Source of the DNA: Eledone cirrhosa | Taxonomy: Eukaryota | Length of the DNA stretch: 64,000 nucleotides | Assembly (NCBI GenBank): GCA_964016885.1 | Contig: OZ024745.1 | Location: 53,010,001-53,074,000, forward strand | Direction of reading: 5' to 3' | Shown here: piece by piece, positions 13,014 to 26,536 of the stretch | Position numbering within the stretch: the stretch's first letter is position 1 | How the letters are laid out: the number at the start of each line of letters is the position of its first letter | Made by a program: the position numbers and the translations under genes | Notes under the pieces: model-generated | Seen by the model: only the letters and a program-made list of their open reading frames with translations | The model's database searches: none | Told to the model about the DNA's origin: nothing

Positions 13014-16000
13014 AGCATTGGCTAATAATGAAATTCTCTGAATTTAATTTAGCCTGAGAGGATGTGAAATCCTTATGTGTAATATTCAGTACATCATTAA
13101 ATTGCGATTGAAATAACGTCGTTTAGTTTCTTAATAAAGATATCAGAATGGTAATGGCGAATCTCAGTATATGTCTGCGAAGTGAAATTGCAGGGATGAT
13201 GTATAAATATAAGTAGTTTTGCCCCAGATTAATATTTATATAGTAGACTAATGTTGAAATACGAGCCAGACATGAAAGATAATACATTTTAAAGTTCAAG
13301 ATCTTGAGAAGAAGAAGAGTTGCGCGCCATAAACGCTGTGTGTGTCGGAGCTGAGATAATGTTCAATATTTGTTCTTATTTCGATGATTTCATTTTTATA
13401 CATTTTGTTGCATCGTTTATTGATTACGTAGTGGACCGGAAATAGCTTCTTTCATAGATAGATCGAGTTGACTGGTCTCGATTTAGCACTATTTCTCCGA
13501 ACACCAATTCTCGGGCTTTCGTATAGAGACATTACAGCAACAAGAGGCTGACCATTGATCCTATACCCCTGCAGAACCCTCTGCAACAGGCCTCGAGGAA
13601 CGCGTTGATATGTCTTTTCGAGTACTACAAACGGAAATATACCTTATAGCAATGCTACCAGAATTTCTCGAAAGTCCTTGTAGACATTGGTAAGTAACAA
13701 CCAGAACAAAATACACCACATAACTGGAAATCGGGCTGTTAAAGCAATAATTGATGATGCAAACTGATATATCAGAACTAAATGAGGTTATTTATTCATC
13801 ATAAATGGTAATAGAAAGGAAGTGCGTGTTAAGTAAAACCGAAAGGGGAACAACACTAACAAACGTCTACCCTTGAAGATAAATGTATTTGCAATTTTTT
13901 ACATTCGATCACAGGTTACCAGAAACCATCATATATACATACTGAGTTGGTACAAATTCAAAATCAGAAAATATTCAAATATTATTGTGATTCCTTCTTT
14001 AATACGTATATAACGATCAAGTGATACATACTTCGAAGTCATTGTCGATTGTAGAGTATAATTATTCTATTTAGCTAATGACATCCATGTAGTGACTCGG
14101 ACGTTCCTCGTATTCAGTCGGTATTTTCAGCTTATTAATGACAGATAGCAGAACGTCATTCTACTGAAATCCAGCATGGTGTAGAAACTCAAATACCCTA
14201 TACGCTGGTACAAACTAGGAATGTAAAACACGTATGTTAAGCTGTTACGCAACAATAACTAATAAATGGAGCAAGTGGTACAATTCACGTAAAACGGGAA
14301 TGGGCAATCCATGGTAAGTAATTAAGTTTTGAAAGATGGAAGTGATCTAATAGAAAGTAACTGAGAATAGATCTGGCAGAACGTGATAAAAATAGGAAAA
14401 ATAGGAATACAGTTCCTGTAAACGTGGCAGGTGGGTAATTACACTTTTGCAAAGAAAACAATTACGGTAATTGAAACTATTGGATACAACTGTTAATTTG
14501 TTAAGATAATTTAGAACCAATGAATTTAAATCAGATGGCACAATTCATGCGTTTGTTGGAAGTATATTAATTAATTCCATGCGCAATTTTATGTCATTTA
14601 TCTGCTTCTGTATTAATCAGATCTTCTGAATAATGGTAGACCACGGAAATCGTGATTCGCTGTGTCGAGCCTTTATATATATGAAGAGTAATTTTCGAGA
14701 TCTATGTGCTATGTTTCAGTTATTTAGTCAATTGGCAGGGAAATATCATGCACTCTATACTGTGTATATTGGAGTTCTCCATTATACCTGGTATGATTGT
14801 TGGAATGAATTGATAGAACTTTTTAAGTGCATTAAATACACGTTTAATTGAATACTTTTCATGTGGTTATGTTTTACCTCTTTTCCTGTTATGATTATGC
14901 AAAAAAAAAATATATTGAACAGAAGTATCATACAGTTGGGATCGATTTTAGAAAAGATAATATCAGGACTGCGAAAATAAATTACAATAATTCAAATCCT
15001 CTCATGGTTGTGTACGATAATTTGTTGACAAATAAAGACTGTTCTTCTATGCTTCAAACGAGTTATATTTCATGATGAACAGTAATCATACTTGTTTCAA
15101 TTTCTTTGACAAATATTTGTTTTGGTTTTATTTTGTTATTTCTTGTTCGATTAAACACCATATATCTCGTTTTCGTCAAATTGAAAATTTCCCTTATTAT
15201 ACTTAAAGTCCCTTATCTCAAGAATGTTTACTTATTCACTTCAAGTTGTATACTGCTTCCTGTCACCATTGTATTGATTTCAATCACCATTCTTGACAAT
15301 TCTATTTCGTCTATTTTGTCACAAGCTACTAAAGAAATTTCTAATCTTAGGTTTTGATGTAATTAACTATATAGTTGTTGTACTTGTATTTCATATTATA
15401 GCTGAGACAACTGATGTTGTTGTAGTTTATAATGGCGATGACAGCGCTGGCAATGTTGATGTTGATGCTATAATTGTTGCTATATAACTGCCTTTCATGT
15501 TTTTATATAATAAAACCAAGTAGTCTGCAAATGTTTACTTTACTTTATATGTATAAATTTGATTTTAGATTTTTTTGCAAGTTTCCTCTGATTAGAGAAG
15601 AAAATCAATATACAAACAGAATTAATAATATACTCACCATATGGCTGATATATTTACCATTATAGCACCAAGATAACTTATATAGGAATTATTTTCTTAT
15701 GTCATTTCCCCATAATCTCCAAGGACGCGTTATTTTGAAACCAGATCAATTTCAGTTAACAAATATGTCTAGGTGGTATGTTTTAAGTTTCAAACATAAA
15801 AATCTAATAAAAAATGTTCTGCAACTTATTTCAAACTATAAAGTTATTGATCAAAACTTGCTTGATTTGTTTAGACGTGTATAAGAACTGAAAGTAATCA
15901 CATAGAAATATTTTATTCGCGTATTCTATGATATTATGGATGGACTATGAGTTATGCCTTGGAAATTAATAGTATAGCTGATGAACATCAAATATAATAT

Positions 16001-16597
16001 TCTGAGATGTTAAGTCGCTATGAAACTAGTTTGCTTCAAGCAATTGAGAATGGCATCTTTTAATTAAGAGCTATAAAAATGGTTGATTATCATTGAGATT
16101 AAATCTATATACTATAGCTCTCTGTAAGAAGCATTACACAACACACGCGACTCATTAAAAACTAATTGATGTGACTTCAGATGTTAGTTAATTAGACATG
16201 ATGTCACTGGGGGAGTTTATCAGCATATTGCACTGACATCCCTATTGCATTCCAAATATTATGTCGAAATACTCTCTCACAAGATAGTTATAATGAAACG
16301 TAAACACAGCATTAGTGTTGTTATTAATGCAATTATATATATATATCTAAAACAGAGAATGTCTGTCTGCATGTCTGTCTGTTTGCCTAACTCACCAAAA
16401 CTCGAGAACTACCCAACCGATTGTTTTCAAACTTTATACATGTAATACTTATGGTCTTATGAGTGTTTTGAGCAAAATATATTTCAAATGTCCAATGCCC
16501 TAGGGACCGCATTAGGTGATTTAGCAATCTCTCTCTCTCTAATTCTTAGTCTTTCTTTTTAGATAGATACATAGATATAACGTTGCGCCCTTATAAT

Positions 16598-16782
16598 TGT
16601 TTCTACCCAGTGCATTACCCAGTGCATTACAGAGTGCATTACTGGTACTTTATTTTATCGACCCCGTAAGGATGAAAGGCAAAGTCCACCTCGGCGGGAT
16701 TTGAACTCAGATCGTAAAGGGACGTAACTATGCTGGAAAGCATGGCGTCCGACCCTCTACCAATACTGCCAATCCACCGCCC
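16598..16782 (-). mobile_element. tRNA-derived SINE (octopus OR-type, Nin-domain-like)
   Basis: Minus-strand A box TGGCAGTATTGG, B box GAGTTCAAATCC and core CTTTGCCTTTCATCC..GGGGTCGATAAAATAAAGTACCAGT. A direct repeat CGCCCTTATAAT flanks it at 16586-16597 and 16778-16789. Confidence 0.85.
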
Positions 16783-16830
16783 TTATAATATCTGTTTGTA
16801 TGTCTGGCTGTCTGCATTACATTATGACGC

Positions 16831-16873
<43 letters not shown>

Positions 16874-16921
16874 TGTAACGTTTTTCGAAATATTTACTTC
16901 AGCGTTCACAGATGGATTTTT

Positions 16922-16991
16922 TAGTTTCAGAAGATCCGTTAAGGGTGAAAGAAGCGATTCTTTGCTTAAACTTTAATGTGTTGTTTTAATA
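16922..16991 (+). repeat. Dispersed repeat (pseudo-LTR-like family C), also at about 29720-30060 and 33785-33950
   Basis: Shared AGTTTCAGAAGATCC..TTAA..GTGAAAG.AGCGATTCTTTGCTTAAACTTTAAT sequence, always next to (TA)n. Confidence 0.8.
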
Positions 16992-17009
16992 TATATATAT
17001 ATATATATG

Positions 17010-17790
17010 AAAACAGGGAGAAAGAGACGATTATTAGGAAAAAAAAATGTTTTTTTTTCCTTTTTTGTTTCTCTCTCTCTCTTTTCTGGGTTAGAAAAGG
17101 TTTAAAACGAAATGTTTTACTTTGTGTGAAGTGTTAAGGTATTAGTTGATTTATTTATTATTTAACGATAGCATTTATTTATCTATTTATATATTTAATT
17201 ATTGTCTATTACCGGTTTCAGCATTTTTATGCATTATCAAATGATAGTGAAATGTATTAGTGTGCTGTCGCACATGTTAAACAGAAGGTGCAGAAATAAT
17301 AATGTTATTTACAAACAAGGTTTATGAAGTGAAAAGAAAAAAGAAAAAGAAAAAGAACGTGCATAATGTAGAGCATAAAAAGTCAATATGGAAGAAAAAA
17401 TAATGATTTATGCATATGCCACAGTTTGGCCTTCCGAATTTTGTTACTGTAGGGTTCATTTTGAGGGTTTGTTGGATTTTGGCTTGTGTGAGGATGTTTT
17501 TTTATGGCTTTTGCTCTTTATGATGTTGTGTGTTTGGAGCATTTTGTTCATTCTTGGGTCTCTTTTTAGTAAAGAAATGTTCTGGAGGATGGTGTCGAAT
17601 GCCTCATTGTTGAGGGGGTTGTGTGAGGAGATGTATGGTAGAGTTCTTTGTTGCGGTTCATTCCTGGGTTTAGGTTGTCTGAGTTCCTGGATGTCTAGTT
17701 TTAGGGCACGTTGGAATCCATTGGTGATTAGGGATGGTGGCTAGCTTCTGCTGATAAGTGTGTTTTTTTAATTCTTCTAGTCGTGTTTTC
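17010..17790 (-). mobile_element. 3' end of a PLE lacking a visible C-terminal endonuclease (Naiad-like), with 3' UTR
   Basis: Minus-strand translation PPSLITNGFQRALKLDIQELRQPK...LPYISSHNPLNNEAFDTILQ; flanked by (TA)n. Confidence 0.65.
17206..17244 (-). ncRNA. Hammerhead-like motif, U3-A8 core
   Basis: Minus strand: CAT-TTGATAA-T-GCAT(aaaa)ATGC-T-GAA-ACCGGT-A-AT; stem I is weak. Confidence 0.55.
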
Positions 17791-17825
17791 ATATATATAT
17801 ATATATATCTTAACTCGTGTGCTTC

Positions 17826-17863
<38 letters not shown>

Positions 17864-17871
<8 letters not shown>

Positions 17872-18268
17872 TAAACGGAATAGAAAATGCTGACAAATTG
17901 TTCACAGTTGAAAAATGGTTTAATTAGGAATAAAAGAGTATTAGTGATTGTATGGGTTAGTATTCAGTTGTGGTTTTAAGTTTTTAAGTTTTTACCGGTT
18001 GCGCATTTCTAAATGCTTTTCAAAAATAATTTTGAGATAGAGTGTCCGTGCTGTTTGCTCTGATCTGAGCAGAGCAAACAGCACGGACACTCTATCTCAA
18101 AATTATTTTTGAAAAGCATTTAGAAATGCGCAACCGGTAAAAATTTAAAAACTTAAAACCACAACTGAATACTAACCCATACAATCACTAATACTCTTTT
18201 ATTCCTAATTAAACCATTTTTCAACTGTGAACAATTTGTCAGCATTTTCTATTCCGTTTACCAATATA
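17864..18268. repeat. Near-perfect 400-bp palindrome (arms 17864-18062 and 18070-18268, 7-nt spacer) in (TA)n
   Basis: The arms are reverse complements with about one mismatch. Each carries TTGAAAA-GCATT(taga)AATGC-GCA-ACCGGT-A. Confidence 0.95.
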
Positions 18269-18299
18269 TAATAACTTGTGTGTTACACCTCTATTCTTT

Positions 18300-18391
<92 letters not shown>

Positions 18392-18869
18392 TATATTCGT
18401 GTACAAATATTTTGGCATACACAATAGCAAAATATAAACAAACGTATTTATTTCACGAGTCTGGATAAGGATAAATATATATCAAATATATAAGAACCCT
18501 AGAGCAAATCCCGAGCAACGCCGGGCCATTCTGCTAGTTAATATTATTGTTGCTGAAGCTCTGGTTTCTCCTAAATGAGCAGACGTATGACCAAATATAT
18601 TCCATCATAACAACCAGATTTTGTATGGATATTGCGACTAGTATAACAATACCTAGTGGTTTTGTTGTTTTTTACTAGACACTAGCGTGTAATTTGGGGA
18701 AGATTTCACTGTTATTCGTGTTTTCAGATCAGATAAAATATACCATACTGGTCTCAAAATAGACATACTAGTAATATGAGTGCCGTTGCTGTTGTTAGTG
18801 ACGGTAGTGGTATTTAATGTGTTGTTGTTGTTGTTTTTCTTGTTTGCTTATTCTTACTCTTCTCTATGC

Positions 18870-19210
18870 ACCTACACTCGCTTACTCCAACGCATTCAGA
18901 ACATAAGCTGGCGACATCCGACGTTGAAAGAGATATATGCCAGCCTCCCACCCATTTCTATCGTTCCACGTAAAAAGAGAGTAAGATTTGCTAGCCACTA
19001 CCATCGTGCCACCTATGAGGCTGTGTTCCCATTAGTGCTTTGGAAATCACAAGCAGTCAATAAAACTGGGAGCGCAAGCTCTCCTAACCAGATGTCATCT
19101 CCATAGATTCTGGTATCGAAATCTAGGACTTGACAGCGGCAATGAATGACAGACGCACGTAGAGATCAATTGCTGAGTCGATTTCGTCTGTGTCCGCCGG
19201 ATGATGATGC
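18870..19210 (+). mobile_element. RTE-clade LINE 3' fragment
   Basis: YTRLLQRIQNISWRHPTLKEIY..RVRFASHYHR..LVLW, ending in a (GAT)n tail. Confidence 0.75.
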
Positions 19211-20210
19211 GTGAAAATACTGATGATATTGTCATAAACTTTTATTTCCACCGTTCAAAATGAATGAAAGAAACGTAAGACTGAAAGGGTAACCTAAATT
19301 AAAAGTGGGAGTTGACAAATAGCAACATGTATTATACCACAGATCAAATGTTGGACACAGCGTGGATGCCGTTAATGAAACGATATTTGAATTTCTGAAG
19401 TTGACGTGTTGAAAGTATTTTTCAAAATTTTGAAATAGCTTGAATTATTGAGGTTAAAATGACAATAAATCGTGGAAAATATAACGGGTGGTCAAAAGAG
19501 AGAGTCAATAACTTAAAGTAAGGCAACCATGCCATCTGTTATAGATATATTTGCTGATTGAAAGGAACTTACATAATCATTACAAATGTATAAGACAGTT
19601 GTCTCAGATGTTCGGTATTTTTAGCCATTTTTGTCTATCGTTGGTCTAAATAATGCAACCATTGCCTTTCTGTACAATGACCGAATATAATATCCATTGG
19701 CTATCATTTAGAGAAAAGTAGAAGTTTAAAGTTTTATCTCTGACACAACCACGTTTGACTCGCTGTATCAGGGATGTGGTTTGTCCACATAAGGTCATAC
19801 ATTATAAATCCAATTGTAAATTTTCTTCATGCATGTCTGTATGTGTAATTCATAGATACACATACAGACACATGACTTCAGATATATTTTTATATGTTTA
19901 GGGACTGGTTGTGTGTGTGGGTACGTAGCTTAGTGAGTGTGTAGATGCATGTGCGTCCATGAGAAATCTTCATTGAAAAGTTTGAAGAAAATATTCCCAA
20001 TTGTTGTGGTGACGTCAGTGTTGTGAGTAGGAGTAAACCAAGTAATGTTGCATGAGCGGTGGCTCTGCTTGCTAATAGGGCTTCGTTACTGAGTAAGTCT
20101 TTCCTTATATCCGCTCTTTTAAGAGCCTGGATGAGGTGCGGCCCTGGTTTCTGGAAGATCTGTTCGCTAGCGACAGGCGTGATATACAGAGGGAGATGGG
20201 TTTTTATCAA

Positions 20211-20254
<44 letters not shown>

Positions 20255-20298
20255 CTATCTAAATGCTCTCTCTATATATATATATAGAGAGAGAGAGA

Positions 20299-22436
20299 TC
20301 CCTTACAGAGATCCCGGACATGACTGCAGCCCAGATCGAAAAACAGACCAACTCCATCTGGTTCGATATCTGTAGGAGAAGAAGACAACTCCCAAATAAA
20401 GTTAAGCTCAACTACACCACTAGAAATAGCAGACTGCCCACTTTCTACCACCTCATCCCACAGGAATAGTACTAAGACGCAAATAAGACCCATCGTCTCT
20501 AGCACAGAAGGACACCTATACAAAATTTCCTGGCTCCTCTCCCAGGTCCTCAAGCCTCTACTCTCAACCTTTCCCGGGCATGTCAGTAGCTCTGACGGAG
20601 TTATACGTAGACTACACCAACTCCAGCCACAATAACATAAACTAAATAGATACGCCTTTAGCCTCAACGTTGTCTCCCTCTACACTACAGTTCCCGCTCA
20701 TCCAACTGTCTATTTATTGACGGACTGCGTGGTCGCAGAGGACATCCACTGCAACGGCCTCCATCCGACGGACATACACCAGCTTTTGTCCTTCACAGTA
20801 GACAACACATACTTCACCTTCCACCACCATACATACAGACATACAACAGGATTACCCATGGGATACAGCCTATCGAGCCTGCTGGCCATCACCTATATGA
20901 ACCAGCTAGAATGCCGAGCCCTCAACACCTGCCATTCCCATACCTTCTTCACCCGATATGTAGATGACATACTCATCCTTACATCATCCCGTGAGGAGGC
21001 AGATAAAATATACACAACATTCTCCAGCATGGACGCCAGTATAAAGTTCAGCATGGAACACCCCGATGACCGCGGATCCCTATCCCTACTGGACTTCCAA
21101 ATCAGGGTAACAGAGGAAGGCAACATCCAAACCTGCTTCTATAAAAAAAGCCGCCAGCAGGGACCTGTTCGTACATTTCAGATTGGCCCTCCCAGCCGGC
21201 ACTAAGTTTGGATACATAAGGAACGAACTAACACGTATCTGGAACAAATGCACCGACGCTAGAGACCGAGACACACATACAACGCATTTCCTGGAAGTAC
21301 TCAAACTGAATGGATACACGACATCCACCACAAATCGTGCCAGAAAGAACAGAGGGCACCACACCCGAGGCACTAATACTTGCTTCCTGAAGCTCCCACA
21401 CTTCACGAAACAACAACAGCCATCCGCAGAGCTATCAGACGAGAGGGACTAGATATTCAACTGGCCCACTCAGGTCCTTCTCTACGCGGACAGCTAACCC
21501 AAAGACACTCCACCAGACATGACAACTGCTGCAGGCTAGCCAACTGCCCCATCAACGACACAGACCTATGCCACTAGGCTTACGTCGTATACAGACTAGA
21601 GTGTGACAAATGCAGCAACTTCTACGTAGGTAGCACCACCAGACCACTCCACATAAGAATAAAAGAACACCTCAATACTAACGCTTCCTCATTTAAGAAA
21701 CACCTAGTTAAATGCAAAAACACCGACAAAACCATAACAGTTAGGATAGAAACTAAGGAAAGAAACCTCGGCAATCTTAGAATTAAGGAAGCACTAATTA
21801 TAGACAAAACACAACCACCAATCAATAATAGACTAGAACTCAACACCCAATTTATAACTTGATAGAGCTTCTAGCCCCATATTTACACACACACACCCCA
21901 TACACACATGCACACACACACGCACACACAAACGCACGCACACACACACACACACACACGCTTACACCTCCACTTATTCTCTCTCACACACACACATACA
22001 CACACAAAGACCAGTTCTAACACGAGATAACATCTATCCCCCACATTTACGTATAGACATATCTTCTCACTCTCACACACACACACTCACATACTTACAC
22101 CTTCATGCATTCTCCCACACACTTAAACAGGCATGTACAAAAAAAAAAACCTTTTAAAGGAAGACTACTCTTTATCCACCTAACCTTAACTCTTTGACAT
22201 TAGAGATAGAACAGAAACTCTATACCATTTCCTGTCAGCATGACTTGGCAAGCTATTTAGAACACTGGTTTAACCGCTTTACTTCCCTCCGAAGAAGAGA
22301 TATTATCTCGAAAATTAAGGACATTTAAATAAATCTAAGGTAAAAGACTAATTGTCAACAATATCTTTTGCATTTGCATTCTTTATTCTATGTCCATACC
22401 TGCATTGTTTTGTCTTTATTATACATATACAAACGT
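20299..22436 (+). mobile_element. 5'-truncated, decayed PLE (Nematis/Poseidon-like RT + GIY-YIG) with CA-rich 3' UTR
   Basis: IRPIVSS, VVSLYTTVP, GLPMGYSLS, FTRYVDDIL and LSLLDF, then VVYRLECDKC..FYVGSTTRPLHIRIKEH. Several frameshifts and stops. Confidence 0.9.
22286..22320 (+). ncRNA. Minimal hammerhead motif (U4C core) in the PLE 3' end
   Basis: CCT-CCGAAGA-A-GAGAT(att)ATCTC-GAA-AATT-A-AGG. Confidence 0.65.
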
Positions 22437-22437
22437 T

Positions 22438-22451
22438 TATATATATATATA

Positions 22452-22513
<62 letters not shown>

Positions 22514-22554
22514 ACTCTTTACATACACACACACACCCACGCACAGACACACAC

Positions 22555-22612
<58 letters not shown>
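22438..22612. repeat. Compound microsatellite (TA)/(CT)/(CA)/(TG)
   Basis: Direct reading. Confidence 0.95.
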
Positions 22613-22616
<4 letters not shown>

Positions 22617-23130
22617 GGGTGTACATATATGTCTCTGTAAATGTGCGTGTATGTAAGTATGTACTTATGTATGTATATATCTACGTATATATTATGTCCA
22701 TATATTGTGTTTTTCTGACATGATTGCAATCTTGGCAATTAATCGGCTGATATTATATTGTTGCCCTTTTAAAGAACTATGTGAAAGAATTATGATTGAT
22801 GAGTAACTTCTCACGTGGTAAATCGCTTTCTCTGGAATTACATGTTTTATCATTTAATAGTCATAATCCTAGTATATTACAGTACTGGTTTAATATACAT
22901 TAAATCACCATCATTTCCATTATCTAAAAGGTTAGTGGCAGCGATAAAATCAGTTTTGTTTATTAACTCTGTTCGACATTTTTTTATACCCAACGCTTCA
23001 ATTTAGACGTGGCTTTTCATGACCTAAATAAGTTAGTGTTGATTCTATTGTATATTCCATATACTGTGTAATTCATATATTGGATGTGTAGTTTATAATG
23101 TATATATGTATGTATATATGGATGAATAGA

Positions 23131-23196
<66 letters not shown>

Positions 23197-23699
23197 TATG
23201 TGTGTATATATATCCTTCTGATGTTGACGGACGCGAAATTCATCAATACTGAAGTAGAGTTTAATACCAATAGTTAATACGGCAACATGATGAGTCTTGT
23301 TACCCTGCAGTTTCACCTTTGTACTCACGGTCATCATAAAATAGTCTTATATGATGACATTCTGAAAATATAGGTGAGACGTCAGAACAACAGATTCATC
23401 ACGTAGCCTTAAAAAAGCTTATATGAATGTGTCTGAAATTTACTCGGTTCAAAGCACATCATACAAATAATCAAGCAATTTACAAAGCAGTTGAGCGATA
23501 CGAATAAATACACCTGGAGACGGAAAGGTTTGGCACATGCCTCCCTTATTTACATCTCCAGAGTCACTTCGCTCTATTCTATCAGTTATCATTTAGTGAT
23601 CAACTGATATTTAAGTCATTTGTGTTGCGCCGACTTCAAATATTCCCTATTTTTGTGGGTCAAGAATATACATATATCTATTGTCAGATAGTGCAATTA

Positions 23700-24480
23700 C
23701 GTTAGACATAGTGCCTCCAAATTGGAGCGCTTGCACTTAAACATTTTGTGGAAAGGAGAGATTCTACGTGTCAAGTGGTCCATCTGCTGTCAAGACCATC
23801 TACGTGGAGCTTAGATATGCCGTGGCTGAAGATGCGTGCTGTGGCAATGGCATCTCCAGGTATTTCTAAATGGTGATCGCGTTTGGTTGCCGTTGTTGAG
23901 ACAGGCATTTCCACAGCTTGTGACAATGATTGAGCTGCAGTCGTTGGTCAAGCGAAAACAGTGTCTGGGTGTATGGCAACGGGAATGTTTCCAGGTGCAC
24001 ACATCTCTCTTCTACCAGGCGGGAAATGCGGTAATTGGGAATTCCACTCTAACATTCTATGGAGGACTAGTGGTGGGCATGTGTGACGACGCTCTCAGAA
24101 AAACTCTCGGTGGTTGCGAAACCGAACTAATCCATCTGTTCCTGAGAACTTTCAAGCCGGAAGCTATGGACAATTTCTAGAAAAGCATTGATTGGCTGTG
24201 TTACAGAGTGGTACTGCTATTTCTCCGCAAACGCTAAAAGCATGAAAGTGCTGCCAGATGACCCACTCCGAGATGTGCGAAGAGCGATGAAACCGTTCTG
24301 CATGCACTCGTCCAGTATCCGACCATTAGTGACTCGAGCAGTTTTGTTTAACAGTTATTATCGCATGTAGGACGAATCCAGTATCGACCGACTACATCTG
24401 AAGATCATCCAGCTGCCTTCTTATGGTTTGAAGGAGAATCAGTGCCTCTGGCTGAAGCAAATGAGGTTGTGTAATGGACG
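23700..24480 (+). mobile_element. Old Tx1/L1-like LINE ORF2 3' fragment
   Basis: WHLQVFLNGDRVWLPLLRQAF...CDDALRKTLG..LFLRTFKPEAMDNF is homologous to 61991-63165. Confidence 0.8.
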
Positions 24481-24536
24481 CAGCTGAAATGACTGCAGAC
24501 AGATACTTTCCTATTCGATCAATCCCTCATCAACTC

Positions 24537-24557
24537 GTGGTGGTGGTGGTGGTGATG

Positions 24558-24649
<92 letters not shown>

Positions 24650-24660
24650 TGTTGTTGTTG
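24537..24660. repeat. (GTG)/(GTA)/(GTT) trinucleotide microsatellite
   Basis: Direct reading. Confidence 0.97.
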
Positions 24661-25361
24661 TATTGATGTTTTACTTGATTTTCATTGAGACACGACTATA
24701 TATTGTGCTTCTATGTTGTTTGTTTGTTTGTTTGTTTGTTAGATAGTTTGTTTTGTGTTTAATTCTTTAGTCGAGTTTTCTTTTCATGAAATGATGAATA
24801 TTATCTGGTAAATAGCAAGGTCTTATATATTTTTATTTTCCTTTCGTGCTTAATAAAAACCGGCGTCGTTTCACAGATTTCGATTCTTTTTATTACAATC
24901 ATATTTAGCCATGCTTTTGGTACCAGGGCGGTTGTAAGAGGCTCTCGTCAGAGAAGTGCCAGCATAAATATAAATAAATAGTTATGTCAGCAAAAAACAA
25001 TTGTAAAAAGCAAAATATCAGTGCTAAAAAAATGAAACAGACAAACATGAATGCTTCAAACACCTGAAGGTAACGCGTGACGAATATTCCTAACATGTAA
25101 CCGTGATAATATTAACTTAAAGTTTCCTAGTGAAATGGCACAGCACTAACAAATCTTGTATAAACACACACACACACACACACACAACAATAAGTTGTTT
25201 TACATCATATCGCACGTAAATTTTGAAAAACACACAACTGTGAAACCCGTAAATTTACTGTAAATAAACCTTCGAAATAACTACAAAACTCTAATTGCAT
25301 TTTTTCAATTCCTCTTTCCGATATGTTTACTCATGTGGTATATTAAAAAACAATTCATTTT

Positions 25362-25392
<31 letters not shown>

Positions 25393-26460
25393 TGAAGATA
25401 AATATCGATGGAAATTTGAGTAATCTCATCCATTTCACACAAGACTTCAAATAGACGGGCTTAAGGATGGAACATTTATATGCGAAAACCACCACAGAGA
25501 TGGATTATAAAGACCCCGGAATATGACTGACCAGTGCCGATGCGCAGGCATGGGTGTGACATTGGCAAAACACCTTTTCCGCATGGCCTCCAAATAACAA
25601 CTAAAACACGTTGTCGTTGATAAGTAAAATAACATCTCTTCCATGGACACAATGAGTTATGTTTTTAATTAAGCGTAGATATTGCGCCAGAAGCTTATCT
25701 CTACCCTAATCACAATCTCTTTGGGTGAAGGAAAGCGTGGGTCAAAATAAATGATATTGATGGTGTCTTTGATTCCAAACTTGTTTAAGATCGTGGTAAA
25801 ATCAGCACCTTACAGGAAGCCCATCAAAAGAAACTATACAGCAGCAGCCGGCCAGAATCTTGACGATGAATAGAAGATAGAAGAGAAGCAGAGCTGTTAG
25901 ACGTAATGAAGGGGAATATGCACCGGAAGGAGATAATGACCGATATAAGCCAACGAAACTGTAAGCAGGAGCCACGCTCAACTTCAATTTTAAAATCAAA
26001 TTCACAATACTTCAATGACTGAAGTAATGAAAACCATAATGTCTCCACACAACTTCAGTGCAGATTATCAAGCACATATATAATAACATTATTCCATTAA
26101 CGATAACGTTACTATTTAAACCACTCAGTAGGTAAAATTGTAACATGATTTCTAAGATATTTGATATAATTGACAGTATATGTGTCTGACTGTGTGTGTG
26201 TGTCTGTGTGTGTACGCGTGTGCACGTGTATGTTTGTTTGTGTGTATGTATTTATTTTTTTATTTTTGTTTTTGTCGCAAATAGTTATAGATTTCACACT
26301 GAAATCGCAATGTTTCAATGCATTGTGTTTGTGACGGGGGAGAACAGTCCATAAACACGAGCCATACCAAATATTTCTTCGTAAAGAACCGGTCTTCTAT
26401 TGTTATACATAGTTGAAGGACAAATAAAACACACACGTGTATATATATATACATATACAT

Positions 26461-26536
<76 letters not shown>

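Larger units (their letters stand above)
16346..18537 (+). mobile_element. Non-autonomous Helitron-like element hosting nested insertions
   Basis: The 5' end is A|TC followed by GTCT repeats and ACTACCCAACCGATTGTTTTCAAACTTT. The 3' end has a CCCGAGCAACGCCGGG hairpin about 8 nt before a terminal CTAG|T. Linking the two ends into one element is inferred. Confidence 0.55.

Noticed and set aside
19870-20215. Minus-strand ORF end next to the PLE, possibly another endonuclease C-terminus
   Set aside because: Similarity is too weak to call
24860-24960. CTGACGA...GAAA on the minus strand
   Set aside because: Helices do not close
25450-26050. Unique-looking segment with a minus-strand GTAAGG donor-like site
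   Set aside because: No recognisable protein or promoter evidence
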